Assembly: GCA_019894975.1 (NCBI GenBank)
Contig: JAGXNO010000027.1
Span: forward strand, 1 to 50,054
DNA from: Promethearchaeota archaeon
Lineage (GTDB): Archaea > Asgardarchaeota > Lokiarchaeia > Sigyniarchaeales > SOKP01
DNA length: 50,054 nt
Direction: 5' to 3'
Part shown: piece after piece, positions 49,638-50,054 of the stretch
Numbering within the stretch: the stretch's first letter is position 1
How the letters are laid out: each line of letters starts with the position of its first letter
The notes under the pieces: generated by a model
Told to the model about the DNA's origin: nothing
What the model saw: only the letters and a program-made list of their open reading frames with translations
The model's database searches: none
Translations under genes and position numbers: made by a program

Positions 49638-50054
49638 AGAACAATAAAAAATAAAATATTAAATATAAAGCTGATTATAGTACTAATTTCAGCGTTAATC
49701 ATTATTCCAAATATAGTAGTAAGTAATCAGAGAGATATCGAAGTTTACTTTGACGAAAATGATACCAATGAAGATTTTACCCTACATCCCCCCAGAGAAT
49801 CTTCTGTTTATTACGAACCCACGACCGGATATGCATATGACGTTTACGTGAGCGGAGATTATGCCTATGTGGCTGATGGACTTTCGGGCTTGGCGGTCAT
49901 TGACATTTCCGACCCGACCAACCCGGGAATACCCGTCTACGAACCCACGACCGGAGACGCATGGGGCGTGTACGTGAGCGGAGATTACGCCTATGTGGCT
50001 GATGGACCTTCGGGCTTGCGGTCATTGACATTTCCAACCCGACCAACCCTGGAA
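49638..50054 (+). CDS. LVIVD-repeat (beta-propeller) exported protein, partial, start uncertain
   Basis: Not in ORF track. Open frame reads ...KILNIKLIIVLISALIIIPNIVV...YYEPTTGYAYDVYVSGDYAYVADGLSGLAVIDISDPTNPG; no in-frame ATG/GTG/TTG before the signal-like segment. Confidence 0.75.
49812..50054 (+). repeat. 126-bp (42-aa) tandem coding repeat, about 2 copies visible
   Basis: TACGAACCCACGACCGGA occurs at 49812 and 49938; the units are near-identical. Confidence 0.92.

Noticed and set aside
1-50054. Selenocysteine/pyrrolysine read-through (Lokiarchaeia have selenoproteins)
   Set aside because: The TGA/TAG-ending genes examined end at their expected family length, and no convincing SECIS-like element was seen.
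49812-50054. CRISPR array or DGR template/variable repeat
   Set aside because: The repeats are contiguous in-frame 42-codon units with no spacers, and no cas or reverse transcriptase gene is in the window.

Overview
AT-rich (roughly 30% GC by eye), gene-dense chromosomal segment. It most likely comes from an Asgard archaeon of the Lokiarchaeia/Promethearchaeota; this is inferred from two tandem Rab-like small GTPases, a DRG GTPase, a domain typical of Loki LRR-protein N-termini, T-tract terminators and frequent TTG/GTG starts. The window is dominated by anaerobic amino-acid catabolism. It has an ornithine/carbamoyl-phosphate cluster (OTC with Giardia-type motifs, carbamate kinase, ornithine aminotransferase) and a near-complete B12-dependent lysine fermentation cluster of the rare Kat-transaminase type (kat, family III CoA-transferase, kce, kdd, kamA, kamB, kamD, kamE; no kal, kamC or atoDA in the window). 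Other genes include SDRs (one KDSR-like), two QueG/RdhA-superfamily cobalamin-Fe-S proteins, acyl-CoA enzymes, hypB and a RapA-like SNF2 ATPase. A redox cluster has a whole GltD/NfnB-like flavoprotein nested inside an HdrD-like CCG protein, upstream of a tungsten AOR and its polyferredoxin. Three coding features are missing from the ORF track: a partial DRG gene at the left edge, a 58-aa 10-Cys protein at 20169-20345, and a GC-rich LVIVD-repeat gene at the right edge. No tRNA, rRNA, CRISPR array or transposase was recognised. All family calls come from motif recognition, not database searches.
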